Shown one piece after another: positions 36,671 to 46,879 of a DNA stretch of 46,879 nt. The notes beneath the pieces were generated by a model, which worked only from the letters and a program-made list of their open reading frames with translations, did not search any database and was not told the origin of the DNA. The position numbers and the translations under genes were made by a program. This DNA is from Octopus sinensis (lineage: Eukaryota): assembly GCF_006345805.1 (NCBI RefSeq), contig NW_021834586.1, forward strand, positions 1 to 46,879, given 5' to 3'. Position 1 is the first letter of the stretch. Every line of letters begins with the position of its first letter.

Positions 36671-39118
36671 CAAAACATACAAATATACAGGCATAGATAC
36701 ATAGATACATACGTACGTACGTACGTACATACATGCATGCATACATACATACATACATACATACATACATACATACATACATACATACATACATACATAC
36801 ATACATACATACATACATACTGGAAAGGATGGTCACAGATTGAGCACTTTCGCTGATAGTTTGGACGAGAACTATTTTCAAGAGCAGCGACAGTGGTGGG
36901 TATCCTTTTAAGAATTTTGCTTCGCTATAACATGTTCTGATTCGATACATAGCGTGGAACTTATAATAAGTAACTTTAATCTTGATGTTGAGTTGACTAA
37001 TAGCTCTGCGAGTTGAATTTTTCTGACGGAAATTAAGCCGAAGCCTATCGTGTACACTGTAGCAGTTATTTGGAGGTGGTGTCAATCGGTCATCTTCTTC
37101 AACACCACCACTATTGTAAGTATTCGGAACATGAGTCGGGTCTGTGTATAAACTACAAAACAAGATATGGATTCCTCCGTTCACACACACACGCACGCAC
37201 GCACACACACGCACGCACGCACACACACGCACGCACGCACACACACGCACGCACGCACACACACACCACACACACACTCTAAGTACTCATTAAAAATAAG
37301 GTGTCAATTCCATAATCACCAACAGCACCAACATCAAAAACCCTAACAAAAATCCGAGATCAGCTTTGCTGCTCTACCTTCGTCTGGGATCAATAAAGTA
37401 CCTTTATAAAACGGTGGCCTGTAGGAACGTTATAAGGGTCGGTGGAGATCGTTTCCGGGAAAGAATCGGAACAAACACAGCAAGAATACCATGTGGTATT
37501 TGGTCCTGCTCTTCGCGTTCTGAGTTCAAATTCCACCGTCGCTTGCTTTCATGTCGGTGTAATACCAACTTCTGCCTTCCGGTTTAGGGATAACTTTCTC
37601 GATCCCAACCGCTTGTTTTAGGTAAACTGTAAAGGATTATGGACGCAATACTACGCGCCTAATAAAAATGCTAAAAAATAACATCAACAACACCCCAACC
37701 ACATCCCAAACAACAGTTCAACAACAACACCCCCCCCAGCAACACCCCTAACAACATTCCATCAACAACCCAAACAACATTCCAACAACACTACCAACAA
37801 CACCCCAAACAACACCATCAAGACGAACATCGACGCCCATTCCAACGCTTCGAACGATGCCAACTCTGGTATCCGCAATATCCCTAGCAACAACCCCATC
37901 AATATCCTCAACACCAACATCCTCAACATCAACTCCACCTCTTCCCACTAATAATGCGATTATAAACACCAGGACAATATCAATATTGTTTATCATGCAA
38001 GTAATAACAATCAAAGCTCCATAATATCTTATAAAAGAAAGAAAGAACACGTTGCACAGTATTATTTTAATGTGAAAGACGATATGCTTGCTTTTTTGCT
38101 TGCTTGTTTGCTTTCAGCAGTATTCAGTCGGAGTGGATAGAGCCGGCTCCAACCAACGAGTTCGCCACATTCCTCACGAATGCAGATCACATCTTGACAG
38201 TCGGCCCTAACTTTCCTGTAGGCAAGGTAATGCTTCTGCTTGCGGTCCAAAAACTCCAGCTTGCAAATTCGACGAATGCCCCATTGGAAGAGAGCAAGCG
38301 CGTTGGATAGCGTGGACACCGTAGCCATTGTAATTTGCAATTGAAGTGTAGAATTCATGTTCGGAGTTTCAGTAGGAATACAAGTTCATATGTGATACCC
38401 GGGACGACGGGATGGTTACGATTGGATCGCCATTATTCATATATCCGCCCAATAATGGCTGACTTATGACGAAGCAATAACAACACAAACAACAACAACG
38501 AATGAGGGGATCGATCGATCTATCTGCTAGACATCATCCTTTTTATATATAACCCTACCGCCTTTCAAACTAAGGAGAGTGTCGCTTCGCGATTGAATGA
38601 CTTGCTTGAAATAGCAGCCAAATCTATCAGTATCATAACATGTCCATCTTAGAAATGGACTCATAAGCTACTGTAGTCCTGGGTTCCGTGAGATGGTTAC
38701 GGATGGAACTCTTTGACAAGAAGTTTTTCCTTCTTCCTTTCTTTGGCGAGAAGTTCTATAAAGGCTGACCTGGGGATTAGACGACAACAACTATCACCCG
38801 CAACATCGACAACATCAACTACAGTAGCAACAACTACAACAAGATTAACAAGGACACTACTAACGGGATCTTCCAAGTGGCGGCTCAACTTACTAGAAAT
38901 AGCTGTTAACTCACCGTGAAGTAAAAAACACACCCTGCCGTCTCAAGTATGGGAAGGACATACTTGACAATATAGTCCTAGATATACTCCTCAAACAACA
39001 AAAATGAAACGGGATCGGCACGGCTAGAATGGCCTGTGATCATAAGCCTGCATGATCAGAGTTAACCACAAGTTAAACTAAAACACCAACAAATAGCCAC
39101 AAGAATAATATCAACAAA

Positions 39119-39259
39119 GGAGTGGGTGTGTGGTAAGTAGCTTGCTTACCAACCTCATGGTTCCATGGGCAAGTGTCTTCTACTATGGCCTCGGCCGACC
39201 AGAGCCTTGTGAGTGGATTTGGTAGACGGAAACTGAAAGAAGCCCGTCGTATATATGTG

Positions 39260-39306
<47 letters not shown>

Positions 39307-39560
39307 TTGTGTGTGTGTGTGTGTGTGTGTATGTATATATGTATGTGTGTGTGTATGTTTGTGTGTCTGTGTTTGTCCCCCAACATCGCTTGACAACCGA
39401 TGCTGGTGTGTTTACGTCCCCGTAACTTAGCGGTTCGGCAAAAGAGACCGATAGAATAAGTACTAGGCTTACAAAGAATAATTCCTCGGGTCGATTTGCA
39501 CGACTAAAGGCGGTGCTCCAGCATGGCCACAGTCAAATGACTGAAACAAGTAAAAGAAAA
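39119..39560 (+). mobile_element. tRNA-derived SINE with an internal (TA)/(TG) microsatellite and a LINE-like tail
   Basis: gtgtggtaagtagcttgc head; tgggcaagtgtcttctac core; ggcggtgctccagcatggccacagtcaaatgactgaaac tail. Confidence 0.88.
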
Positions 39561-40125
39561 AAAGAAAGAAAAAGAACACTAATCCAGAGAGATGGATTAT
39601 CGGAGCAGATGCCCTTGCTGCTGTTGCAATTGTTAGTAATGTTTTCGAGTTCAAATCCTGTCATGGCTTAATCTGGTGGAAACTTTATATCTATCGCTTG
39701 GTTCAACACCAGCGACCACCTGGGGCGTTGAGTGCTATTCGGTAGAGCCCTCTCAGTTGTAAATATTTAGGGTAGGTTTCCGGTTTGAAATAGCTTTCTT
39801 CCACCCTACTCCCTTATACAAGTCTCGGGGTCCCTGTAAAGCATTATGGGTACTGCCTTCCCTTTCTGTTTATAAGATTTTAAATAAAGTTAAAAAATGC
39901 AAAGACAAGAGCACTGACACCACAAACAACAACAACATTAACCACAACACAAGCACCACAAACAACAACAAGGACAGCAAGAGCAGGAATAGCAGTGACA
40001 GTGCTGAAGAAAGAAAATAAGAAAATAAAACAAAATATGAAGAATATATCTCCTACCAACCCATCAAACATCAAGACGCTAAAAAGAATTGTTTTCTTTT
40101 CTTATTTAATGTTCATATTACTGAC

Positions 40126-40221
40126 ATCCAACGGTAAATGTTGCTCTGCAGCCTTTCTGGGGCTCTTTTGTATCTGTTGAAACGACACTCAATGAAACTT
40201 TAACTCCAACCAAAGGCTTAC
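40126..40221 (-). CDS. Candidate 96 bp coding exon of an unidentified host gene
   Basis: Long polypyrimidine tract ending ttttgacag; open frame (G)KPLVGVKVSLSVVSTDTKEPQKGCRATFTVG; possible GTCAGT donor (phase 1-1), or a stop at 40118. Confidence 0.3.
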
Positions 40222-41084
40222 CTGTCAAAAAATAAAAATAAAAACTGGAGAAGGAAAGGGAGAAAAAAGGGAGGAGGAAGGCAGCACAAAACAAAATAAA
40301 GAAAGAAAAAAGAGCATCAGACCCCAGTCTAAGTGCAAATGTAGACAATTGAAAGCCGAGTTTATGTTAAGCAGCAATTTGTTAGTTGCAGGTGATATGT
40401 GCAATAGGGACAACAGCTAAGAACAGTGCACGCATTGTTTATGAGTCATCGCAACTACCCAATTCTGTACTGGGTTCATTTCAAAAATAAATAAGATTAG
40501 AAAAATAAATTGGGAGGTGGGAGGAAGATAAAAACAAGGGCTGCGTGATGGCTTTTGTTGTTTGTTGTTGTTGTTGACATTGCACTTTTTTCTCTTCTAG
40601 AACTGTCTAGTGGTAAGTTAAACTGTCTCCGACTATAAATTATTCCATATCTTTTAAACCCCCTTTTTTCTTTTTTCTTTCCCTACCTTTCCTTTCCTGT
40701 CGTTTCCGTTTATCTCATTTTTATTTTATATTTTATTTTTCTTCTAAATTTTAAATGTTTGTTGTTTTTTTTCTATTTTAGTTTATATTTTATTTTATTT
40801 ATAAAAGTTAAGCCAGGACAAAGGAGAAGAAGCCTTTAGCAGTCTGTCAAGATAGTAAACCATAAATTGACTCAGTGAATTGTGCACCCTGAGGTGCTCA
40901 ATGAAACCCGCTGTGACTTCTGGTATGATTCATTGCTTCGGCTTTTTCCCCTTTTTTGAAAAAAAAGAAAAACAAAATTGCGACTTTGAAAAAAATAGGA
41001 CATTTAAAAAAAATATTTCTTTAAGTCTTTCAACCTCAAAACTGTTCGCGGTTTTGTTGCAAGTTTCTTGCTGCTTGGCTGCTG

Positions 41085-41185
41085 GCGTTGCGGCTGTTGC
41101 TGCTGCTGGCGTTGCGGCTGTTGCTGCTGCTGGCGTTGCGGCTGTTGCTGCTGCTGACGTTGCAGCTGTTGCTGCTGCTGTTGTT
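41085..41185. repeat. 24 bp tandem repeat (gctggcgttgcggctgttgctgct)x~4
   Basis: Directly visible. Confidence 0.85.
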
Positions 41186-41556
41186 TAGCCCCGTGTCGTC
41201 CACAATCGAGCAAATTTATGATCAAACGCATTCCAACCATGACTATCACGTCATTTACTTTCATTGTTTGCAATTTTTTGTTTGTTCTTTTTGTTTGGGG
41301 TTTTAGTTTTGGGGATCTTATTGTTTATGTTTTGTTTTGGGGCTTTTTTTTCAGACTCATGCCATACTACATTCTGTTTTAAGACGGTTATGTGTAATTT
41401 GGAGAAAATTTACTGAGATTAAATAAAGAGAAAAAGAGAAAGAAAGAAAAGGACAGTAGTAAAGATATATATATAGAGAAAACAAAAGACAGGAAGAGAC
41501 AGACGGGAGAAACACGCGCGCGCGCGCACGCCACACAAAACATACACACTCATATA

Positions 41557-41600
<44 letters not shown>

Positions 41601-41654
41601 AATTATATATATGAACTAATTATAGTTCTTCAATCTGACGGCAAGAAGCCAGGA

Positions 41655-41720
41655 GTACATTAGTGTAATGGTAACGCTCTTGTCGCGAAAAAAGAGCTTG
41701 GAATCGATTTCCACGCGTAC
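41655..41720 (+). pseudogene. Degenerate tRNA-like sequence or SINE head
   Basis: tagtgtaatggtaac (A-box-like), ggaatcgatttcc (B-box-like), gtac...gtac acceptor-like ends; no clear anticodon loop. Confidence 0.3.
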
Positions 41721-41916
41721 GGAAAACCCTACTCTTTTTCTGTCGAGGGCTTATATGCCCCAATATTAGAATATTTTCTTTAGTCATTACACAATGATCG
41801 CTTATAAACTTTAAGCTTATAAAATAGTATTATTATCATTATTTACAGAATTGTAAAAATTGACACTGCTTACCACAAACCATCGCAGAAAATATATATA
41901 TTCTATTATAATATGA

Positions 41917-41998
<82 letters not shown>

Positions 41999-42139
41999 TA
42001 TTTAGATCCAATAGAGGTAGAATATATACAAAAAATCACGCCAACCGTAATAGATGAATATCAATTTAATACACAACAGAGAGAGCTACTAACACTTTCA
42101 TGCTTTTATGATACTTTAACTAGGCATATTTATATATAT

Positions 42140-42236
42140 ACATGGGTACATATGTATGTACGTATGTATGTAAGTATGCATGCATGCATGTATGTATGTA
42201 TGTATGTATGTATGTATGTATGTATGTATGTATGTA

Positions 42237-42299
<63 letters not shown>

Positions 42300-42820
42300 G
42301 TATGCATGCATGCATGTATGTATGTATGTATGTATGTATGCATGTATGTATGTATGTATGTGTGTATGTATGTATTTATGTATGTATGTATGTATGCTTG
42401 TATGTATTTATGTATGTATGTATGTATGAATGTATGTATGTATGTATGTATGTATGTATGTATGTGTGTATGTATGTATGTATTTATGTATGTATTTATG
42501 TATGTATGCATGCATGTATGTATGTATGTATGTATGTGTGTATGTGTGTATGTATGTATGTATGTATGTATTTATGTATGTATTTATGTATGTATGTATG
42601 AATGTATGTATGTATGTATGTATGTATGTATGTGTGTATGTATGTATGTATTTATGTATGTATTTATGTATGTATGCATGCATGTATGTATGTATGTATG
42701 TATGTATGTATGTATGTATGTATGTATGTGTGTATGTATGTATGTATGTATGTATGTATGTATGTACGTATGTATGTATGTATGTGTGTATGTATGTATG
42801 TGTGTATGTATGCATGTATA
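42140..42820. repeat. (TATG)n array
   Basis: Directly visible. Confidence 0.95.
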
Positions 42821-43319
42821 TGCTCCTCTAAATACGTGTGTGAGCCGAAACAGAATTACAAACCTACGATTGGTCTACCATCTCATCGCACTGGATTCAG
42901 ACTAATAATAACAAGAACAATGACTCTAGCATAGAATCAATAACCTCGCAAAAAAGACTGTGGAGGCATTTTCTGGGAACAGAAAATATTCTGTTACTTT
43001 CGGTCACAAGCGACGAGAAGAACAAACTGAAGTTACTTTAGAAATGTCATAAGCGACATGCCGACTTATTCATTAATCCACACATGATTTTGAATATGGA
43101 AAATTACCCAAGGCTTTGAAAGCTGAATATCAGCGTAAACCGGATCCTGGTTTGTTAATTACGAGTCTTTTCTACTACAAAACCTCTTTTAGCCGCAACA
43201 CACACAAATACATAGAAACAAACTAATTTCTCTTTATGTAATAAAATAAATATATACAAATTATAAAAATTTGTAATAAAATAAATATATACAAATTATA
43301 AAAATAATAAATAAAAAAT

Positions 43320-43412
43320 ATACAGTACAGTACTGTTACTACTTCGCGGATTTTCACCTATCGTGGGGATTTTGGAACGTAACACCAGCGACAGTCGAGG
43401 GATTACTGTATA
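43320..43412. mobile_element. Tigger/pogo-like MITE remnant
   Basis: tacagta...ttcgcggattttcacctatcg...gcgacagtcgagggattactgta; CAGTA/TACTG ends with TA flanks. Confidence 0.5.
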
Positions 43413-43631
43413 CGCATATGCACGCGCAGGTGTGTAACAAATAAAAGACTATTTATACCCTGCTTTGCATATAGAGTTCTCTTTACTTGTAAAAGCCAAA
43501 GGTACACAGACATGAACATACGCAAACACAAACACACACACACACACACATACATACAACACATACATACATACATACATACTACATACATACATACATA
43601 CATACTACATACATACATATATATTATATAT

Positions 43632-43676
<45 letters not shown>

Positions 43677-43818
43677 GAGTTTCAGATGCCGAGGTGGAAA
43701 TCCACACACCATCTCTTCCGGCCATCGGAAAAATGCTATATTATATTTACAGATAAATTCCTCTATTTACATAATATTGAGGTCTCTTTCTTTTGTTATC
43801 TTACCGTTTTTACCAATA

Positions 43819-43862
<44 letters not shown>

Positions 43863-43872
43863 ATATAATATA

Positions 43873-43913
<41 letters not shown>

Positions 43914-43914
43914 T

Positions 43915-44655
43915 AATAAGACTAGATGAATCAAAAAGCTTCCTCCTAGAGCAAAAATACCCCCTTAAACTAATAGAAAAGGAATCACAAGAGCATTAAA
44001 ACTAGACATCACACAACTCAGGACACCCAAAACAAAAAACAAAGAAAACACTATCCCTTTTATAAACACACACAACCTGGAGTTACCAACATCTTCCAAA
44101 CCATACATTCAAACCTACCAATAGCCTTACAAAGCCCCAAAATGAAAAACATATTAAACAAATATAGCATAAAAACAGTAGACGACAGGACAAAAACCTA
44201 AAAAACACATAACAAGAGCGAAATTCTCTTCAGAAACTAAAACGGAATTCTTTGCAAAAGAGTGCGAGATGGTAGATGTGGGACCTGCAGCAACCCCACC
44301 TACAAATAATAGAGAGCAACAGAGAGATAAGATTTAAAAATGGTGTCATATTCAAAGTAAATGCAGATATGAACTGCAAGACGCAGAACGTCATATACTG
44401 GTAACCTGCCCCACGTGCAAGGAGAATTACGTAGATGAAACTGGTAATTCTTTGTGCCAGCGAGCCAGGATCCACCGACAACAATTCGGCAGGAAGAACT
44501 ACGCAAAATACCACTAAGCACACACCTAGCTACATGTGGAGAAGGAAAATTTAAGATATTTCCCTTCTACAAGTGTCCGAAGAATGACACCCCCTTCAGG
44601 AGGAATATGGAAAAACATTTCATAGCTAAGTTCTCCCCCAAATTAAATCGCTGAG
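43915..44655 (+). mobile_element. Penelope-like element 3' fragment (GIY-YIG endonuclease)
   Basis: Reconstructed MNCKTQNVIY-VTCPTCKENYVDETGNSLCQRARIH...HLATC...FRRNMEKHFIAKFSPKLN. Confidence 0.8.
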
Positions 44656-44669
44656 ACTTTACTCAACAT

Positions 44670-44931
44670 ACATTGAAGGACAAATTTTTCGATTTACAAT
44701 ATGATACAGTGGAACATTTAATATATGTGTGTATATATATAGGTGTGTGTGTGTGTTACCTGTTATATACATTATATTGTTTTTGCAATTTACTTGATCT
44801 TTACTTGCCAATTGTCATTCTAATTTTAACCTTCCTATGATATACAATTTCAAGATGGTATAACTTGATTGTTCACTTTGATTCGATAGAAGGTGGATTT
44901 TTCTCTAATATTTCATGTGTAAGCATGTATA

Positions 44932-44970
<39 letters not shown>

Positions 44971-45260
44971 CATTGAAGACGCATCTTTCGATTTACAATC
45001 TAATATAGTAGAACATTTAGTATATGTCTGTATGTGTATATATGTATATATATATATCTGTGTGTGTATAGATAATATTGCCATGTATATACATTAAATT
45101 ATATTATTATCTTTATAATTTACTTCCATCTTTACCTTTTAATTGTCACTTTAATTTTAACTTTCCTATGATATACAATTTTCAAGATGGTGTAACTTGG
45201 TTGTTCATTTTGAACCGATAAAAAGGTTTTTTCAAATATTTTATGTATAAGTCTGTGTGT
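44670..45260 (+). repeat. Two ~300 bp tandem units after the Penelope ORF (pLTR-like)
   Basis: cattgaag...ttcgatttacaat...aattttaac.ttcctatgatatacaattt.caagatgg at ~44670 and ~44970. Confidence 0.65.
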
Positions 45261-46060
45261 GTATATATATATGTATTGGTATAAATATCAACGCACAAAA
45301 ATATTTTTCTTCTTCTCCACTTCCTCCCTTATTTTTATTTATTTTTATTTAGTTTTTTTATATTTTATTTTTTATTTTTTATTTTTATATTTTTTAATTA
45401 TTTTTTATTTTTATATTTTATTTTTATTTTTTATTTTCCCTTTTCTCTTTTTTCTCTCTCTCCTTCTCCAAACACACAGAGACACACACACACGCACACA
45501 AAACACACACGGACACACACACACACACACACACCTCCACAAAACGATCATAGAAAGTGTGACCCCAAATGACATTTGTTTGGCCAGCCTACGCACAACA
45601 CACACTCAGTGACACGAGACTGGACAGAGAGCAGAGCCAAAATTCTTAGAAAACCACAGGAGGTCCAGTAGGCCAACAGAAATAATACTTCTCCTTCCCT
45701 CTCAGATACAAACGCACACACACACACACACACATACACACACACATACACACACACACACACATACACATACACACATGTTTTCTCTGTCTCACTTCCT
45801 CCTCACCCTTTTATACTGTCTTATTCCTCCCCACTACTACGAAACTATAAAATGTTCAAATTCCCCACAAAGGAATTGATTTGATTTGAAAACCCCATTG
45901 AATTGGGAGAAAGCGGTAATAATCCGAATGATATGATCTGAATGATATGATATATATGTAAAAAAATGTAATATATAAATAAATATCTATAAATATGAAC
46001 CATCCGATCTGATTACCTCATTTTTTCTAATATATAATACCTGTACATCATCTCCAACCT

Positions 46061-46107
<47 letters not shown>

Positions 46108-46116
46108 ATTATATAT

Positions 46117-46157
<41 letters not shown>

Positions 46158-46384
46158 CAATATATACAAATTGGTGTATAAACGAAAGAAGAGTTAAAGA
46201 TTTAAAGATTTATTTGTTTATTTGTTGAATTGGTATTATCCAAATTAGGTTCAATCCTTACTTCAACTTGAAAAAAACCTGTTCTTTTTACGTTCAGAAG
46301 ACATAATCACCACACCATTTAGTTTGCATAATGTAAAAGCTAGTTACTTTTGTTTTACCATTTACTTGATTCGATAATTAGAAT

Positions 46385-46570
46385 GCTGCCTTGTTGGGGC
46401 ACCACCTTGAAGGATTTTAGTCGACCAAATCGATTCCAAGACTTCTTTTAATTCTGGTACCTATTCTATCGGTCTCTTTTGCCGGGGCATTAAATTACGA
46501 GGTTGTAAACAAACCAACACCGATCGTCAAGCGATGGGAAGACAAACACAGACAAAAACACACAGACATG
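46385..46570 (-). mobile_element. SINE fragment (family of 39119-39560)
   Basis: ggggcaccacc...tattctatcggtctcttttgccg...caccgatcgtcaagcgatg. Confidence 0.75.
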
Positions 46571-46589
46571 AATATATATATGCCTGTGT

Positions 46590-46795
46590 GTTTTTGTCAG
46601 TTGCCATGATAGATCGTTAGCCACTACACACATTTTTTTCTCTCCTTGTTTGTTTCTGTGTCCCTTTCTGTAGAAGAGCGTAGACTCGAAACGTAAAAGA
46701 CTTTTTCTATTCCTGAGCGCTATGCAAATACATCTGATTGTTTTGTACACCACCTGTCTTCGTCTTTTGTTTTTTTTTTCGTAAACTCTCCCTAT
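46590..46795 (+). repeat. Interspersed repeat containing a disrupted hammerhead-like motif
   Basis: cttt ctg(tag)aaga gcgtagactc GAAAC GTA aaag at 46664-46699. Confidence 0.45.
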
Positions 46796-46879
46796 ATATA
46801 TAGGTCACTGGAGTGTGACGAAAGAACTCTGGCCGAAATAAGATTAAGATTAATGTAAAAAATAAATAACACTGAAGCA

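Noticed and set aside
41004-41273. Poly-Q ORF on the minus strand
   Set aside because: Explained by the 24 bp tandem repeat; no splice or homology support.
41655-41720. Functional tRNA gene
   Set aside because: The B box and anticodon arm are degenerate; kept only as a low-confidence tRNA-like remnant.

Overview
Eukaryotic, repeat-dominated window with no confidently identifiable host gene. The SINE families, TACA/GATA microsatellites and GC-rich 18S expansion point to a cephalopod (Octopus-like) genome; this is inference. The centre (about 5.9-23.8 kb) is an 18 kb train of co-oriented minus-strand LINEs separated only by microsatellites. It holds three Tx1/L1-clade elements (one full-length, one 3'-truncated, one 5'-truncated), each bounded by (ATCT)n in the same phase. 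It also holds two extra copies of an RTE 3' tail and a near-full-length RTE with three C-terminal C2H2 fingers, bounded by (TATG)n. A second RTE copy in (TATG)n lies at 31.1-32.4 kb. An orphan 18S rDNA fragment at 28.5-29.5 kb is split by a 676 bp element with terminal inverted repeats, at a duplicated palindromic site (GTCCGGAC). The remainder is tRNA-derived SINEs, MITEs, LINE/Merlin/Penelope remnants, minimal hammerhead motifs and microsatellites. Most ORFs in the supplied track are microsatellite or antisense artefacts. The two best leads are a GATA-microsatellite-targeting Tx1 family and a possibly 18S-targeting DNA element.
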